This document shows positions 28,196 to 38,949 of a stretch of DNA of 64,000 bases, in pieces (position 1 is the stretch's first letter; every line of letters begins with the position of its first letter). The notes under the pieces are model-generated. The model ran no database searches, had not been told where the DNA came from, and saw only the letters and a list, made by a program, of their open reading frames with translations. The position numbers were made by a program, and so were the translations under genes. The DNA is from Promethearchaeota archaeon (GTDB taxonomy: Archaea; Asgardarchaeota; Lokiarchaeia; Sigyniarchaeales; SOKP01): the NCBI GenBank assembly GCA_030599585.1, contig JAUVNS010000006.1, forward strand, positions 96,001 through 160,000. Direction: 5' to 3'.

Positions 28196-29569
28196 TTATT
28201 TAGGATTTTCATTTCTAACTATTGTAGCAATAGACATGCCAAAGCCAACGCACATACTGCTAATAGCGAATTCGTCTCCAGTTTTCTCTAGTTGAAGAAC
28301 ATTAGAACCAATTAATCTGCAACCTGTCATTCCAGTTGGGTGTCCTAGAGCAATGGCTCCACCCCATGGATTAAAATTAGGAGCATTCCAATCTAAACCC
28401 AATTCTTTACAACAAGCATAGATTACTGGACTAAAAGCTTCATTGATTTCAATATAACTCATATCATCAAATGTCATATTTGCTCTTTTTAGTGCTTCCG
28501 GCATTGATTTAACAGGACCATCTAGCATTATTATGGGATCGGTTCCAACAATGGCAAAATTTAGGATTGTGGCGCGTATTTTTAGCCCTAGTTCTTCTGC
28601 TAGACTTCTTGTCATCCAGATTTGTGCTGCAGCTCCATCGCTAGTAGGACAACTATTTCCAGCAGTTAAGAACGCTTGACTTTTTCGACCTGTAATTGTT
28701 CTCAAGCCTGCGAGTGCTTCCATAGTAGAGGAGGGGCGAGGAGCTTCGTCGCGAGAAGTTAAAACAGAAAGACTCTCATTTTTTGCAACATTATTGTTTT
28801 CGTCTAGCGTAGGTTTTCCATTTTCATCCAGTTTTGGGCACCATATTGGCTCAATTTCTTTTCCTCTGTCATCCCATGCTTTATCTGCTTTTTGATGGGA
28901 AAGTAAAGAGAGTTGATCTAATTCTTGTTTGAAATTATCTTTTAATTCTCCCTTAAACTCTTTAGGCGTTATCCCATTATGTTTGGAGAAATAATGTATC
29001 CCTAATACATGCGCACTTGTAATTTGCCCCGCAAGAGCGGTTTTGTGCTCTTTTATTTTTGCAGCAACTTCGGGATTCGTTAAAATCTTCTTATTGGGAG
29101 CAATCATTAAAGGTTTTCCCAATTCTTCATTAAATACAAAGGCGTCAGCCATAATAGGGTATTTATTTTGAATTTCTATACCTCCGCAAATGACAGCATC
29201 GTGCACACCACTAGCTATTGCTTGCCACGCAGATAAAACAGCTTGAGCACCACTCGCACAGTGTCTATTGAGACTCATCCCCCCTACACTCACAGGAAGA
29301 TGCGCGCCTAATGCTGCACTTCTTCCAATATCTAAAGCACATTCACCTATTTGACTATTACATGATACCATTGAATCACCGATAAGGCTCAAATCAAAAT
29401 CATTTCGCTTTATTAAAGCTTCATAACAATGTATTATTAGATCATCTCCTCTATGCCTTACGATAGTCCCTCTCCTCTTACCTATTGGAGTCCTCACATA
29501 ATCGACCAAGACAGGTTCACGTTTTGGATCTTTGAAATATTTTTCATATAAACTTACTGCTTCTGTCAT
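28196..29569 (-). CDS. Acetyl-CoA C-acyltransferase (thiolase)
   Basis: RTPIGK, NRHCASG, SDGAAA, EINEAF, GGAIALGHPTG, MCVGFG. Confidence 0.92.
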   Translation of the reverse strand: MTEAVSLYEKYFKDPKREPVLVDYVRTPIGKRRGTIVRHRGDDLIIHCYEALIKRNDFDLSLIGDSMVSCNSQIGECALDIGRSAALGAHLPVSVGGMSLNRHCASGAQAVLSAWQAIASGVHDAVICGGIEIQNKYPIMADAFVFNEELGKPLMIAPNKKILTNPEVAAKIKEHKTALAGQITSAHVLGIHYFSKHNGITPKEFKGELKDNFKQELDQLSLLSHQKADKAWDDRGKEIEPIWCPKLDENGKPTLDENNNVAKNESLSVLTSRDEAPRPSSTMEALAGLRTITGRKSQAFLTAGNSCPTSDGAAAQIWMTRSLAEELGLKIRATILNFAIVGTDPIIMLDGPVKSMPEALKRANMTFDDMSYIEINEAFSPVIYACCKELGLDWNAPNFNPWGGAIALGHPTGMTGCRLIGSNVLQLEKTGDEFAISSMCVGFGMSIATIVRNENPK

Positions 29570-29732
29570 ACATCTTCACATCAGATTAAATTTTAGTGGA
29601 TCAAATGATTGTTAATTTTTTAATGTACTTTAAAAAGCGGATTATGCATAATCATTCATTTTAAAATTAGATGTAAGAATATTTAGATGGGAAAGAGTGA
29701 ATCTTATATTTTATGACAACTCTTACTTAATA

Positions 29733-32621
29733 TTAAGTTTCTAAGTAAATCGCTGGTTTTTTAGGTAAAGCTTTAGTTGATCGCTTTTTAGGGTCGTATT
29801 CTGAATTAATGATTATGTTGCTGTTGATTCTTTTTTCAATATAACCTTTGTATTCTTCTAATAGATCCTTTTCATTTAAAGGAGTTAGATCCTTTTCCCA
29901 AATCCGATTCTTTATCTGATTTTTGACAAATGGAATCAAGTTCGGATTTTTTATAAAATCCGGTATGTGCTTACATTCATCTATAATCTCCTTGAAATTT
30001 CCCTCTTTTGAAGTAGTTATTTTTAAAGCCTCGTATTTCCAACTTGGAGCAGTGTACAGATAAAATTTGCTTAGATTATTGGACGAAACAATTTTTTGAA
30101 TATTTAGAATGTCAGCGATTACGTTAGAAATATAGTCAAATTCAGTTTCGATATCGTTGTTGATATACCTTTTGTCAAAATCGTCCCAAATGACAGTTGA
30201 AAGGAACTCGGTATTGCCCATCATTTCCCATAGTTCTTCGCATAAGTGAGGCATGGTTAATGAAAGTATTTTTACCCAGTTTGGAAAAATAATTTTATAT
30301 ACTTCTAAAATATCATTTGCATCTTCGCAAAATCTATTAAAATCTTGAATTATGTTAAAAACCTCGTAAAAAGAAAGTTGAAGGTATTTTCTTATGTTTA
30401 AATCTTTCAAACCAATTTCCGCTTCAACAAATTTCTTAGTGCATTTCGATAAAATGATTTTCGCATATTTTGTGTTAAGGTTAGCTATTTTTCCCTCAAT
30501 TTTACTTAATTTACCTGTATTTTCCGAAATAAAATTATAGAACCGCATTATGTGATTTTGTACAATTTGTAATTGTTTCTCACGCCAATCTACGCTAATT
30601 CCAAAGTCAGCACTATGACAGATATAAAATCTAAATAAATCAGCCGAGTAATCAGCTTTAATATTTGCGATTGAAATTACGTTTCCTTTAGATTTTCCCA
30701 TTTTTTGACCTTCAATAATTACCGGTTCTATTAGAGAAACAATTTTTGGCCAGTGTTCTTCGGGAAAAATAGCGACATGATGGAAGATATAAAAGCTCAA
30801 ATGATTGGAAATGTGCATAATTGCCGTATGTCTGTGATCTACGGGATACCAATAAAAAAACTCTTGTTGCATTTGTTCTAATACAGTTACTTCAATCTTA
30901 GTTTGGTTAGACAAACTCCTAATATCACCTATATTTAATAAAACATAATCAAAAAACGCGGGCGTAAGCTGCTCTGGTTTGATATCGTTTTTCTTTATCA
31001 GATGTATTATGGTGTAGAAACACATATATATTGTTGAATCGCTTAATGACTCGATAATCCAATTTTTATCAAATGGAAGTATAGTTCCAAGACCTCTCTT
31101 CCGCGCACAAGGTCTTTTCTCTAACCAATTAAACACATGCTCAAAATTCTTGCGATATTTTTTGGGGACAATTTCCATATTGCTCAAGCATTTTGACGCT
31201 TTTTGCTTCCAATCTCCCGCATTAAAATTTAGGAACCATTGATCGCTTAATATCGAAACCAATATTTCTTTTCCACATTTACATTTAAGATCCTTAGTAA
31301 CAGGTAGGAAAATCTTATCTGCCTTTTCGTCCTCAATTAAATCGTCAATAACCTTAACCACCGCCTCGTTTACTTTCATTCCTTTATATTTTCCGCACTT
31401 ATCGTTCAGAACACCGCTATAAAATTCCACCTTATAATTCTCAGCTGTTGCTTTATCTAATTTTTCAAAATCTGTTTGAGTATGGACATCGTATTTTTCG
31501 CAATACGCTTTTGCTGGAAAATCTTTGAAATCCAGTAAGTCAATGATTTGAATAGGCTCTATTTTCTTTATTTCCTCTGAATTTAATTTGAACTCTTTTA
31601 TAGCTACCTTATTTTTTTGTAGGTCTAATAATGCTACATAATCGTATGGGGCGTGGGCAGGAACGGAGTAGACTACGCCAGTAGCAACCGTAGTGTCTAC
31701 GAAATCTCCCGGCAAAATTAGAAGATCTCGGCTTCCATCGATACTTTTAACCTTTTTTCCAATTAAATCTACTCCCTTAAATTTCTCGAGTATCTCTACA
31801 TCTTTATTCTGATTTCTTAATAGTAATGTTGCTTCCTCAGAAATAACCCATGTATCCCCATTCACTCTAGCGTAAACATATGTACCAGCAGGGTTCATCC
31901 AGAGGTTAGTCGCACCGTAGATTGTTTCGGGTCTCAATGTAGAAGGAACTAAATAAGCGTCCTCAAATGGAAATTTAATGCAAGTGTATTCGTTAATGTC
32001 TAAATTTAATTCGTCTCCACTTGCAATATCGTCCTCACCTACAGCGTTTCCACATTGAGGACAATACAAAATGGGGTATTCACCTTTTTCTAAATAGCCC
32101 TCATCGAATAGTTTATGAAATTGCCACTCAATTAGCTTATTGTAGAGTTTATCACCAGTAGTGAACCCTCTTCTCCAATCCAGGCTCATCCCTAAAGCTT
32201 TAAAATCGCTTTTATAAGTATCCGAAAAATAGTTCACAATATTCCACGGTTCTACAAAGCTTTTGACAATCTTTTTTACTTGTCCTCGATCCGATGTATG
32301 CAACGATACGTACTCTTCCATTCGCTCTATCGTTTTTTTATCATTTCTTTCAATGGAAGAAGATATTGCTAACACAGGAGTACCTGTTATATGAAATGCC
32401 ATGGGATACAATACATTATATCCTTTAGCACGATAATATCTCGCAAAAACATCTCCGTTCACAAAACTCCTCCCATGGCCTATATGTGAAGGACCAGAAG
32501 CATACGGATAAGGAGAGGTTATAAAAATCTTTTCCTTGTTAGCGATTGGATCAGCTTCAAAAATTTTTGCTTGCTCCCATCTATCTTGCCATTTTTTTTC
32601 TATTTGTTGAGGATTATACAT
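29733..32621 (-). CDS. leuS: Leucine--tRNA ligase (archaeal/eukaryotic type)
   Basis: PYPY..HIGH, FHITGTP, TLRPET, SVPAHAPYDY, IESLSDSTIY, KMGKSKGN. Confidence 0.96.
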   Translation of the reverse strand: MYNPQQIEKKWQDRWEQAKIFEADPIANKEKIFITSPYPYASGPSHIGHGRSFVNGDVFARYYRAKGYNVLYPMAFHITGTPVLAISSSIERNDKKTIERMEEYVSLHTSDRGQVKKIVKSFVEPWNIVNYFSDTYKSDFKALGMSLDWRRGFTTGDKLYNKLIEWQFHKLFDEGYLEKGEYPILYCPQCGNAVGEDDIASGDELNLDINEYTCIKFPFEDAYLVPSTLRPETIYGATNLWMNPAGTYVYARVNGDTWVISEEATLLLRNQNKDVEILEKFKGVDLIGKKVKSIDGSRDLLILPGDFVDTTVATGVVYSVPAHAPYDYVALLDLQKNKVAIKEFKLNSEEIKKIEPIQIIDLLDFKDFPAKAYCEKYDVHTQTDFEKLDKATAENYKVEFYSGVLNDKCGKYKGMKVNEAVVKVIDDLIEDEKADKIFLPVTKDLKCKCGKEILVSILSDQWFLNFNAGDWKQKASKCLSNMEIVPKKYRKNFEHVFNWLEKRPCARKRGLGTILPFDKNWIIESLSDSTIYMCFYTIIHLIKKNDIKPEQLTPAFFDYVLLNIGDIRSLSNQTKIEVTVLEQMQQEFFYWYPVDHRHTAIMHISNHLSFYIFHHVAIFPEEHWPKIVSLIEPVIIEGQKMGKSKGNVISIANIKADYSADLFRFYICHSADFGISVDWREKQLQIVQNHIMRFYNFISENTGKLSKIEGKIANLNTKYAKIILSKCTKKFVEAEIGLKDLNIRKYLQLSFYEVFNIIQDFNRFCEDANDILEVYKIIFPNWVKILSLTMPHLCEELWEMMGNTEFLSTVIWDDFDKRYINNDIETEFDYISNVIADILNIQKIVSSNNLSKFYLYTAPSWKYEALKITTSKEGNFKEIIDECKHIPDFIKNPNLIPFVKNQIKNRIWEKDLTPLNEKDLLEEYKGYIEKRINSNIIINSEYDPKKRSTKALPKKPAIYLET

Positions 32622-32833
32622 GATATACTCATCTTCAGTGTGTCATTTCCAGACTTTTTTTTAAGAATATTTTCAGATGCAATAACTACCCTTAAACCTT
32701 TCTCAAATAAATTTTCTACGCTTAGCAAACAAATCCGTCAAAAATTTAAAAGAAAAAGATCGTGCGGATTTGTATCGCTATAATAATGATAGTAATAATG
32801 CCTGAAGTAATACTTTTTTCTGTAAAAATTCTA

Positions 32834-32946
32834 TTACTGAGCTCAATAGAGCAGCATTCTTCAGAACCATTATTAATGTATGCAAATCCCTTCTGTTTTA
32901 TAAATTTTATCTTGGATTAAAAATTAGATTCATAATTTAGTTCTAT
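32834..32946 (+). repeat. 113-bp direct repeat, copy 1 (left of the histidine kinase)
   Basis: Ungapped match to 36265-36377, 13 mismatches by manual count, first 30 bp identical. Confidence 0.9.
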
Positions 32947-33198
32947 TGACTAAAGAATTATTTCTACATAAATACCAAAATTTTCTTGATGAATCAAGAG
33001 TTTGAAAATATAAACAATTTCTAACAATCCTCTTTTATTAATTTAATAAGTTGTTCATAAGAATGAAGAGGGAGAAGAACAAATATCTATTGCAGTTCTA
33101 TTTAAACTTTTTTTCAATTTTTTTGAAGCATAATTATTATAAATTTTCTACATTATTATCAAATTAAGTCAATTATTTAATACTCAAGATGATTAATC

Positions 33199-36100
33199 AT
33201 GCCCAGTTTACCATTAAATATTTTTTCTTCGTCTGAATGTGAGCAAATAAAGAATATGTTAAAAAATCCAGAAGAAGATCTTCAAGAGATTATTGAATTA
33301 CTAGAGGAAAATGTCGAAGTAGAATATAAAAAGTTTGAAGAATCAAAAGAAAATTATCGGAAAATCGTCGAAACTATTCCTGATCTATATTTTCTTGTGG
33401 ATGAGAACGGAACTCATTTAGATTTTAAGGGAAATGAAAATCTTCTCTATTTAAAACCAGAGATGTTTCTTGGAAAAACATTGTATGAGACCTTACCTAG
33501 AAATGTAGCTGAAAAGTATGAAAAAGCAATATCGAAGACTTTGAAAACAAAACTACCAACGATTATTGAATATTCTCTAAATGTGCAAGGAATATTAAAA
33601 TTCTATGAAGCTAGAAACTTATATTTTTCAAGTAATCGCGTAGCACTTTTTGTAAGAGATATAACAGATCGAAAAGAAGTAGAAAAAAGATTAAAAGAGT
33701 CTGAAGAGAAGTTTAAAAGTATTGCAGAACAATCTTTGATGGGGATTTGCATTGCCCAGAATAACCAAATAAAATACATTAATAAAACCTATGCGGACAT
33801 ATTTGGATATTCAGTTGAGGAGATGGGGAACTGGGAAATGAGTGATGGCATAAAAGCTATTTTTCCTGACGACAGAGAATTTGCTATTGAACAATTGACT
33901 AAAAAGCAGAAGGGAGACAAAGATGTTGTAAATCATTATCAATATCGAGGTATCAAGAAATCAGGGGAGATAATATGGGTTGACCAGTATTCAAAAACTA
34001 TAATATTTAATGAGAAAACAGCAAATTTTATCATGTTAATAGATATAACTCAAAGCAAAAATATAGAAAAAAAACTATATCATGAACGAGATCTTATTTA
34101 TACTCTTTTAGATAACCATCCCGACTTCATTTATTTTAAGGATAGCAAAGCCCGATTTCAACATATCAGTAAGCGTTTTAGTGATTTTTTTGGACGGAGA
34201 GTGGAAGAAATTATCGGAAAAACTGACTTGGAGCTCTTTCCAGAAGACATTGCTAAAAAAACTCATACTGAAGATCTCCAGATTATAAAAACAGGGATAC
34301 CATTAATTAATAAAGAAGAAACCAATGAGAAAATATGGGTTTTGACTACAAAGATGCCATGGATCGATAAAGAGGGTAAAATAAAAGGACTCTTTGGAAT
34401 TTCACGTGATATCACTGAACGGAAAAAAACAGAACAAAAATTGAAAGAATCTGAAGAAAAATTTCGAACTATAACTGAACAATCTCTCATGGGTGTAATT
34501 ATTATTCAAGATCGTCGTGTAATATATGTAAATGAAGCTGAATCAAGTATTATGGGATATTCAATTCAAGAAATGATGGAATGGTATCAAGAAGATTTAT
34601 TTGAGCATATCCATCCAGATGATAGAATTAACGCTATAAACCGAAGCCAGGAAGGAAAAGAAGGCCAAGAATTACCCCCATATTTTGCATACAGAATTGT
34701 AACTAAATCAGGAAAAGCTAAGAATGTTGAAGTATATTCTAAGTTCATTGAATTTAACGAAAAACCAGCTATTCTCACCTATGTTCTTGATGTAACAGAA
34801 AAAAAAGAAGCAGAACAAAAATATGAAAGCTTAATCAATAATCTTTCTGATATTATACTTGAATTGGATATGAAGGGCATTGTATCTTATGTTAGTCCTC
34901 AATGTTATGATATATTGGGCTATCAACCAAGTGAAATTATTGGAAAAAATGTATTTCTATTTATTCATTCCAAAGATGCATCAATCATTGCTGAATCAAT
35001 GAAAAAGGCGATTAGCACCAAAGAAATAATTTCAATTCTCCCTTATAGACTTTTACATAAAGATGGTGACATCATTAATGTATCAGCGCGAGGTAAATTT
35101 GTCATTGTAGGGGGGAATGAGAAGTTTATTGGTGCAATAAGAGATATTACATTCCAGAAAAAAATAGAGCAAGAGTTAAAGTTCTCAGAAGAAAAATATC
35201 GCTTACTCTTTGATAATTCACCCGTGGGGATCGGTATTTCTACGATTGATGGAAAAGTATTAGATAGCAATGATGCGATGGTAAAATTAACCGGCTTTTC
35301 TGCTGAAGAATTAAATAAAATTGGGGCACCCTCCATATATGTTGATCAAAGTGATCGTTCAGAGATACTAAAATTATTGAAAGCGTCTGGGAAATTACAC
35401 GATTATGAGGTTAAGTTAAGAAGAAAAGATAATACGGAATTTTATGGTTCAGTTAGTTTTGATCTAACAGAACTCAGAGGGGAACAAATTATACAAACCT
35501 CTCTGAGAGATATAACCAAAGGTAAAGATGCCGAACTAGAAATGATAAAATTAAATAACTTAAAGTCTGAACTATTAAGAAGAACCTCTCACGAGTTGAA
35601 AACACCATTAGTTTCCATAAAAGGTTTTTCAGATATTTTATTGGATTTGCACAAAGAGGACCTTGATGATTATGTCATTTCAACTATTAATCAAATCCGA
35701 AAAGGATGTATTCGCCTTCAAAATTTAATCAATGATATCTTAAAAACTGCTGAATTAGAATCAGGTGCAATTCAAGCCCATAAATCTGAAGTAGACTTGT
35801 CTTTTCTAATTAAATTGTGTGTTAACGAGCTTAAAGGACTTTCAGAGTTAAGAAAGCAAACAATTAAAATAGAAATACATGAATTAATGTTAATAATAAT
35901 AGGAGAAGAAGAAATTCATCAAGTAATTAGTAACATTTTAAGTAATGCAATTAAATATACTCCTCCTAATGGTACAATCGAAATAAGATCCGAGATTCAA
36001 GATAACTCGATTATCATTTCAGTAAAGGATAATGGGTTGGGTTTTACAGAGGAAGAAAAAGGTAGGATATTTAAGCAGTTTGGAAAAATTGAGAGATATG

Positions 36101-36258
36101 GGCAAGGATTGGATATCGTTTCAGGGGGCTCTGGTCTTGGTTTATATATTTCTAAAAAAATCATAGAATTGTATGGTGGAAAAATTTGGGTGGAGTCGGA
36201 AGGTAGTAAAAAAGGTTCAACTTTTTACTTCTCGCTTCCATTAATTGAAAAATTCTAA
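33199..36258 (+). CDS. Cytoplasmic multi-PAS (6x) sensor histidine kinase
   Basis: Six PAS/PAC units ending (R)DIT/DVT, H-box SHELKTPL, N-box NILSNAIKY, DNGLG, GSGLGL, GSTFYFSLP. No TM segments. Confidence 0.93.
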   Translation: MPSLPLNIFSSSECEQIKNMLKNPEEDLQEIIELLEENVEVEYKKFEESKENYRKIVETIPDLYFLVDENGTHLDFKGNENLLYLKPEMFLGKTLYETLPRNVAEKYEKAISKTLKTKLPTIIEYSLNVQGILKFYEARNLYFSSNRVALFVRDITDRKEVEKRLKESEEKFKSIAEQSLMGICIAQNNQIKYINKTYADIFGYSVEEMGNWEMSDGIKAIFPDDREFAIEQLTKKQKGDKDVVNHYQYRGIKKSGEIIWVDQYSKTIIFNEKTANFIMLIDITQSKNIEKKLYHERDLIYTLLDNHPDFIYFKDSKARFQHISKRFSDFFGRRVEEIIGKTDLELFPEDIAKKTHTEDLQIIKTGIPLINKEETNEKIWVLTTKMPWIDKEGKIKGLFGISRDITERKKTEQKLKESEEKFRTITEQSLMGVIIIQDRRVIYVNEAESSIMGYSIQEMMEWYQEDLFEHIHPDDRINAINRSQEGKEGQELPPYFAYRIVTKSGKAKNVEVYSKFIEFNEKPAILTYVLDVTEKKEAEQKYESLINNLSDIILELDMKGIVSYVSPQCYDILGYQPSEIIGKNVFLFIHSKDASIIAESMKKAISTKEIISILPYRLLHKDGDIINVSARGKFVIVGGNEKFIGAIRDITFQKKIEQELKFSEEKYRLLFDNSPVGIGISTIDGKVLDSNDAMVKLTGFSAEELNKIGAPSIYVDQSDRSEILKLLKASGKLHDYEVKLRRKDNTEFYGSVSFDLTELRGEQIIQTSLRDITKGKDAELEMIKLNNLKSELLRRTSHELKTPLVSIKGFSDILLDLHKEDLDDYVISTINQIRKGCIRLQNLINDILKTAELESGAIQAHKSEVDLSFLIKLCVNELKGLSELRKQTIKIEIHELMLIIIGEEEIHQVISNILSNAIKYTPPNGTIEIRSEIQDNSIIISVKDNGLGFTEEEKGRIFKQFGKIERYGQGLDIVSGGSGLGLYISKKIIELYGGKIWVESEGSKKGSTFYFSLPLIEKF

Positions 36259-36264
36259 AGGCTT

Positions 36265-36377
36265 TTACTGAGCTCAATAGAGCAGCATTCTTCAAAACCA
36301 TTATTAGTGTATACAAATTCATTCTGTTTTATATATTTTATCTTAGACTAAAAAGAAGATTGGTAATTTAGCTCTAT
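36265..36377 (+). repeat. 113-bp direct repeat, copy 2 (right of the histidine kinase)
   Basis: Matches 32834-32946. Confidence 0.9.
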
Positions 36378-36411
36378 AAATTTAAAATCTATTGTGAATT
36401 AGAAATAAATT

Positions 36412-37254
36412 ATGAAATTCGAAAATTTAATTTATAAGGAAATTGAAGAGACAGCTTGGATATTACTCAATAGACCTGAAGTCATGAACGCATTAAGCAT
36501 GAAACTTTCAGAAGAGCTTGTAGAAGCGATAGAAATGGTGAGACAATCTACAAAACTTAAATTCTTGGTCATTAAAGGTGAGGGTCCCAACTTCTGCGTT
36601 GGAGATGACATTAGAGAGATGATTAAATGGGGAAACGCTAACGATATAACTCGAAGAGTTCGATACTATCAAAATATGGCCAATCAACTTGAGGAATTGG
36701 ACAAAATGACTATTGCTGCAGTAGATGGTTTTGCTGTAGGAGGGGGGTTGGAGATCACTATGGCTTGCGATTTTGTTATAGCTACAGAGCGTTCAAAATG
36801 GGGTATGCCAGAGGTAGATGTTGGAATAACTCCCGGATGGGGTGGTACGACACGCTTAGCACGATTAATAGGTCGAAGAAGAGCGAAGGAAATCAATCTT
36901 ATTGGAGCACTTCACACGAGCAAAAAAGCTGTTGAATGGAATTTGTGGAACCGAGTTGTTGCCAACGATCAACTAGATGAAGAAGTTGAGCTATTACTAG
37001 AAGTACTTAAATCCAAAAATCAACAAGGAATGCGTCAATTAAAATTTATTATTAACAGGGGCGTAGAATGCGATTTATACACAGCTCAAGGTTTCGAAGT
37101 TTTATCGGGCGCTTTAACGGGAGCTGTGAGTGGATTTTGGAAAATAAAAGACGCAGACCAAGGCAAAGGCGTTCTCGGTTTCACTGCTAAAGATGGTAAA
37201 GATGGATTATGGCAAACGAGAAGAAGATTAGCAAAAGGATTTTGGGTAGATTGA
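36412..37254 (+). CDS. Enoyl-CoA hydratase/isomerase (crotonase family)
   Basis: LNRPEVMNAL, FCVGDDI, AVGGGLE, GMPEVDVGITPGWGGT. Confidence 0.9.
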   Translation: MKFENLIYKEIEETAWILLNRPEVMNALSMKLSEELVEAIEMVRQSTKLKFLVIKGEGPNFCVGDDIREMIKWGNANDITRRVRYYQNMANQLEELDKMTIAAVDGFAVGGGLEITMACDFVIATERSKWGMPEVDVGITPGWGGTTRLARLIGRRRAKEINLIGALHTSKKAVEWNLWNRVVANDQLDEEVELLLEVLKSKNQQGMRQLKFIINRGVECDLYTAQGFEVLSGALTGAVSGFWKIKDADQGKGVLGFTAKDGKDGLWQTRRRLAKGFWVD

Positions 37255-37381
37255 CTGTTCCACCATCGAAATTTGTTTTAGTTTTAAAAAGAAAAGGTAT
37301 AAATATATTATCTATGGGTTGTTAATTTACGTAATTCTTTGATATAGAAAGAATTAGTTCTAAAAAAAATTGGTTTTAAAA

Positions 37382-37657
37382 TTGGTAAAAGGAACAGTAA
37401 AATGGTTTAATAGCCGAAAAGGCTTTGGATTTATTAATTCTGAAGAAGGTGACGATGTCTTCGTTCATTACACCGCATTAGCTGGTGGAGATGACGAATA
37501 CAAAACGTTAAACGAAAACGATAAGGTTGAATTTGAAGTAACCGAAGGTCAAAAAGGCCCTCAAGCTTCCAATGTTGTCGTAACCGAAAAAGCTCCACCT
37601 CAATTTAACTCGTATAATCGAGGCGGTGGCGGCGGCGGAAGACGAAATCGCTATTAA
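37382..37657 (+). CDS. Cold-shock domain protein with Gly/Arg tail
   Basis: GTVKWFN, RNP1 KGFGFI, RNP2 VFVHY, KGPQA.NV. TTG start (37370 is an alternative). Confidence 0.92.
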   Translation: MVKGTVKWFNSRKGFGFINSEEGDDVFVHYTALAGGDDEYKTLNENDKVEFEVTEGQKGPQASNVVVTEKAPPQFNSYNRGGGGGGRRNRY

Positions 37658-37745
37658 GTTAAATGAGTTAGAATAAATCTACAAATGTATTTAAATAAAA
37701 TAAGTATTAAATAATAAAAGTAAAAAACTCTTTTTGCGATTGTTA

Positions 37746-37770
37746 TCTAACCTTATCTTTTTTTTTTTGT
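37746..37770 (+). terminator. Poly-T archaeal terminator after csp (repeated after each copy)
   Basis: ctaaccttatc followed by T>=11, also at ~38328 and ~38891. Confidence 0.55.
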
Positions 37771-37952
37771 TTATTATTATTAAAAAAGCGCTAGTTAATT
37801 TTGAAAATATATCTGGGTAGATTGACTGTTCCACCATCGAAATTAGCTGTAGTTTTAAAAGAAAAGGTAAAAATATATTATTGATGGATTGTTAATTCAC
37901 TTAATTCTTTGATATAGAAAGAATTAGTTTTAAAGAAAAATTGGTTTTAAAA

Positions 37953-38228
37953 TTGGTAACTGGAACAGTAAAATGGTTTAATAGCCGAAAAGGATTTGGA
38001 TTTATAAATTCAGAAGATGGTACTGATGTCTTCGTTCATTTCTCTGCATTAGCAGGTGGAGATGACGAATACAAGACATTAAATGAAAACGATAAGGTTG
38101 AATTTGAAGTTACTGAAGGCGAAAAAGGCCCTCAAGCTTCAAATGTTGTCGTAACCGAAAAAGCTCCTCCTTCGTTTAACTCGTATAATCGAGGCGGTGG
38201 CGGTGGCGGAAGACGAAATCGCTATTAA
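37953..38228 (+). CDS. Cold-shock domain protein with Gly/Arg tail
   Basis: As above. TTG start (37941 is an alternative). Confidence 0.92.
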   Translation: MVTGTVKWFNSRKGFGFINSEDGTDVFVHFSALAGGDDEYKTLNENDKVEFEVTEGEKGPQASNVVVTEKAPPSFNSYNRGGGGGGRRNRY

Positions 38229-38512
38229 TTTAAATGAGTTAGAATAAATCTGTAAATGTAATTAAATATAATAAGTATTAAATAATAAAAGTAAAAAACT
38301 CTTTTTGCGATTGTTATCTAACCTTATCTTTTTTTTTTTTGTTTTTAGAGCAAAATTATTAATTCTTTAAACATCTTGTTGGGGTTTTTAGGAATCGATT
38401 GTATTTTTATTTATTTAAAAAGGATAAATTAATTACCCGTGGATTCTTTTTGTAATTAATTCTTTAAGAAAAGATTAAAGAATTTTTTTCAAAAAAAAAT
38501 AGGTTGAATTTT

Positions 38513-38776
38513 TTGACTACAGGAACAGTAAAATGGTTTAATAGCCGAAAAGGCTTTGGATTTATTAATTCTGAAGATGGTACTGATGTCTTCGTTCATT
38601 ACTCAGCATTAGCTGGTGGAGATGACGAATACAAGACATTAAACGAGAACGATAAGGTTGAGTTTGAAGTAACCGAAGGCCAAAAAGGTCCTCAAGCTTC
38701 AAATGTCGTAGTAACCGAAAAAGCTCCTCCTCAACTTGACTCTTACAGTCGAGGCGGAAGACGAAATCGCTATTAA
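38513..38776 (+). CDS. Cold-shock domain protein (shorter RGG tail)
   Basis: As above. TTG start (38504 is an alternative). Confidence 0.92.
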   Translation: MTTGTVKWFNSRKGFGFINSEDGTDVFVHYSALAGGDDEYKTLNENDKVEFEVTEGQKGPQASNVVVTEKAPPQLDSYSRGGRRNRY

Positions 38777-38949
38777 GTTAAATGAGTTAGTATATGTCTA
38801 CAAATGTAATTAAATATATAATAAGTATTAAATAATAATTAAGTAAAAAATTGGAAACTCTTTTTGCGATTGTTGTTATCTAACCTTATCTTTTTTTTTT
38901 TTGTTTTTAATTGTTAAAAAAATTCTAGTTAGTTTTGAGAATAAGCGTT

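Larger units (their letters stand above)
37243..38345 (+). repeat. Tandem duplication (~571-bp period) of the csp gene with its flanks
   Basis: tgggtagattgactgttccaccatcgaaatt occurs at 37243 and 37814. The CDS and 3' UTR are also repeated, and the third copy shares the CDS and 3' UTR. Confidence 0.85.

Noticed and set aside
32571-32783. 70-aa ORF overlapping the leuS start
   Set aside because: Antisense/promoter overlap with no recognisable features.
37243-38900. CRISPR array
   Set aside because: The repeats are whole-gene duplications, not short repeats with unique spacers, and there are no cas genes.
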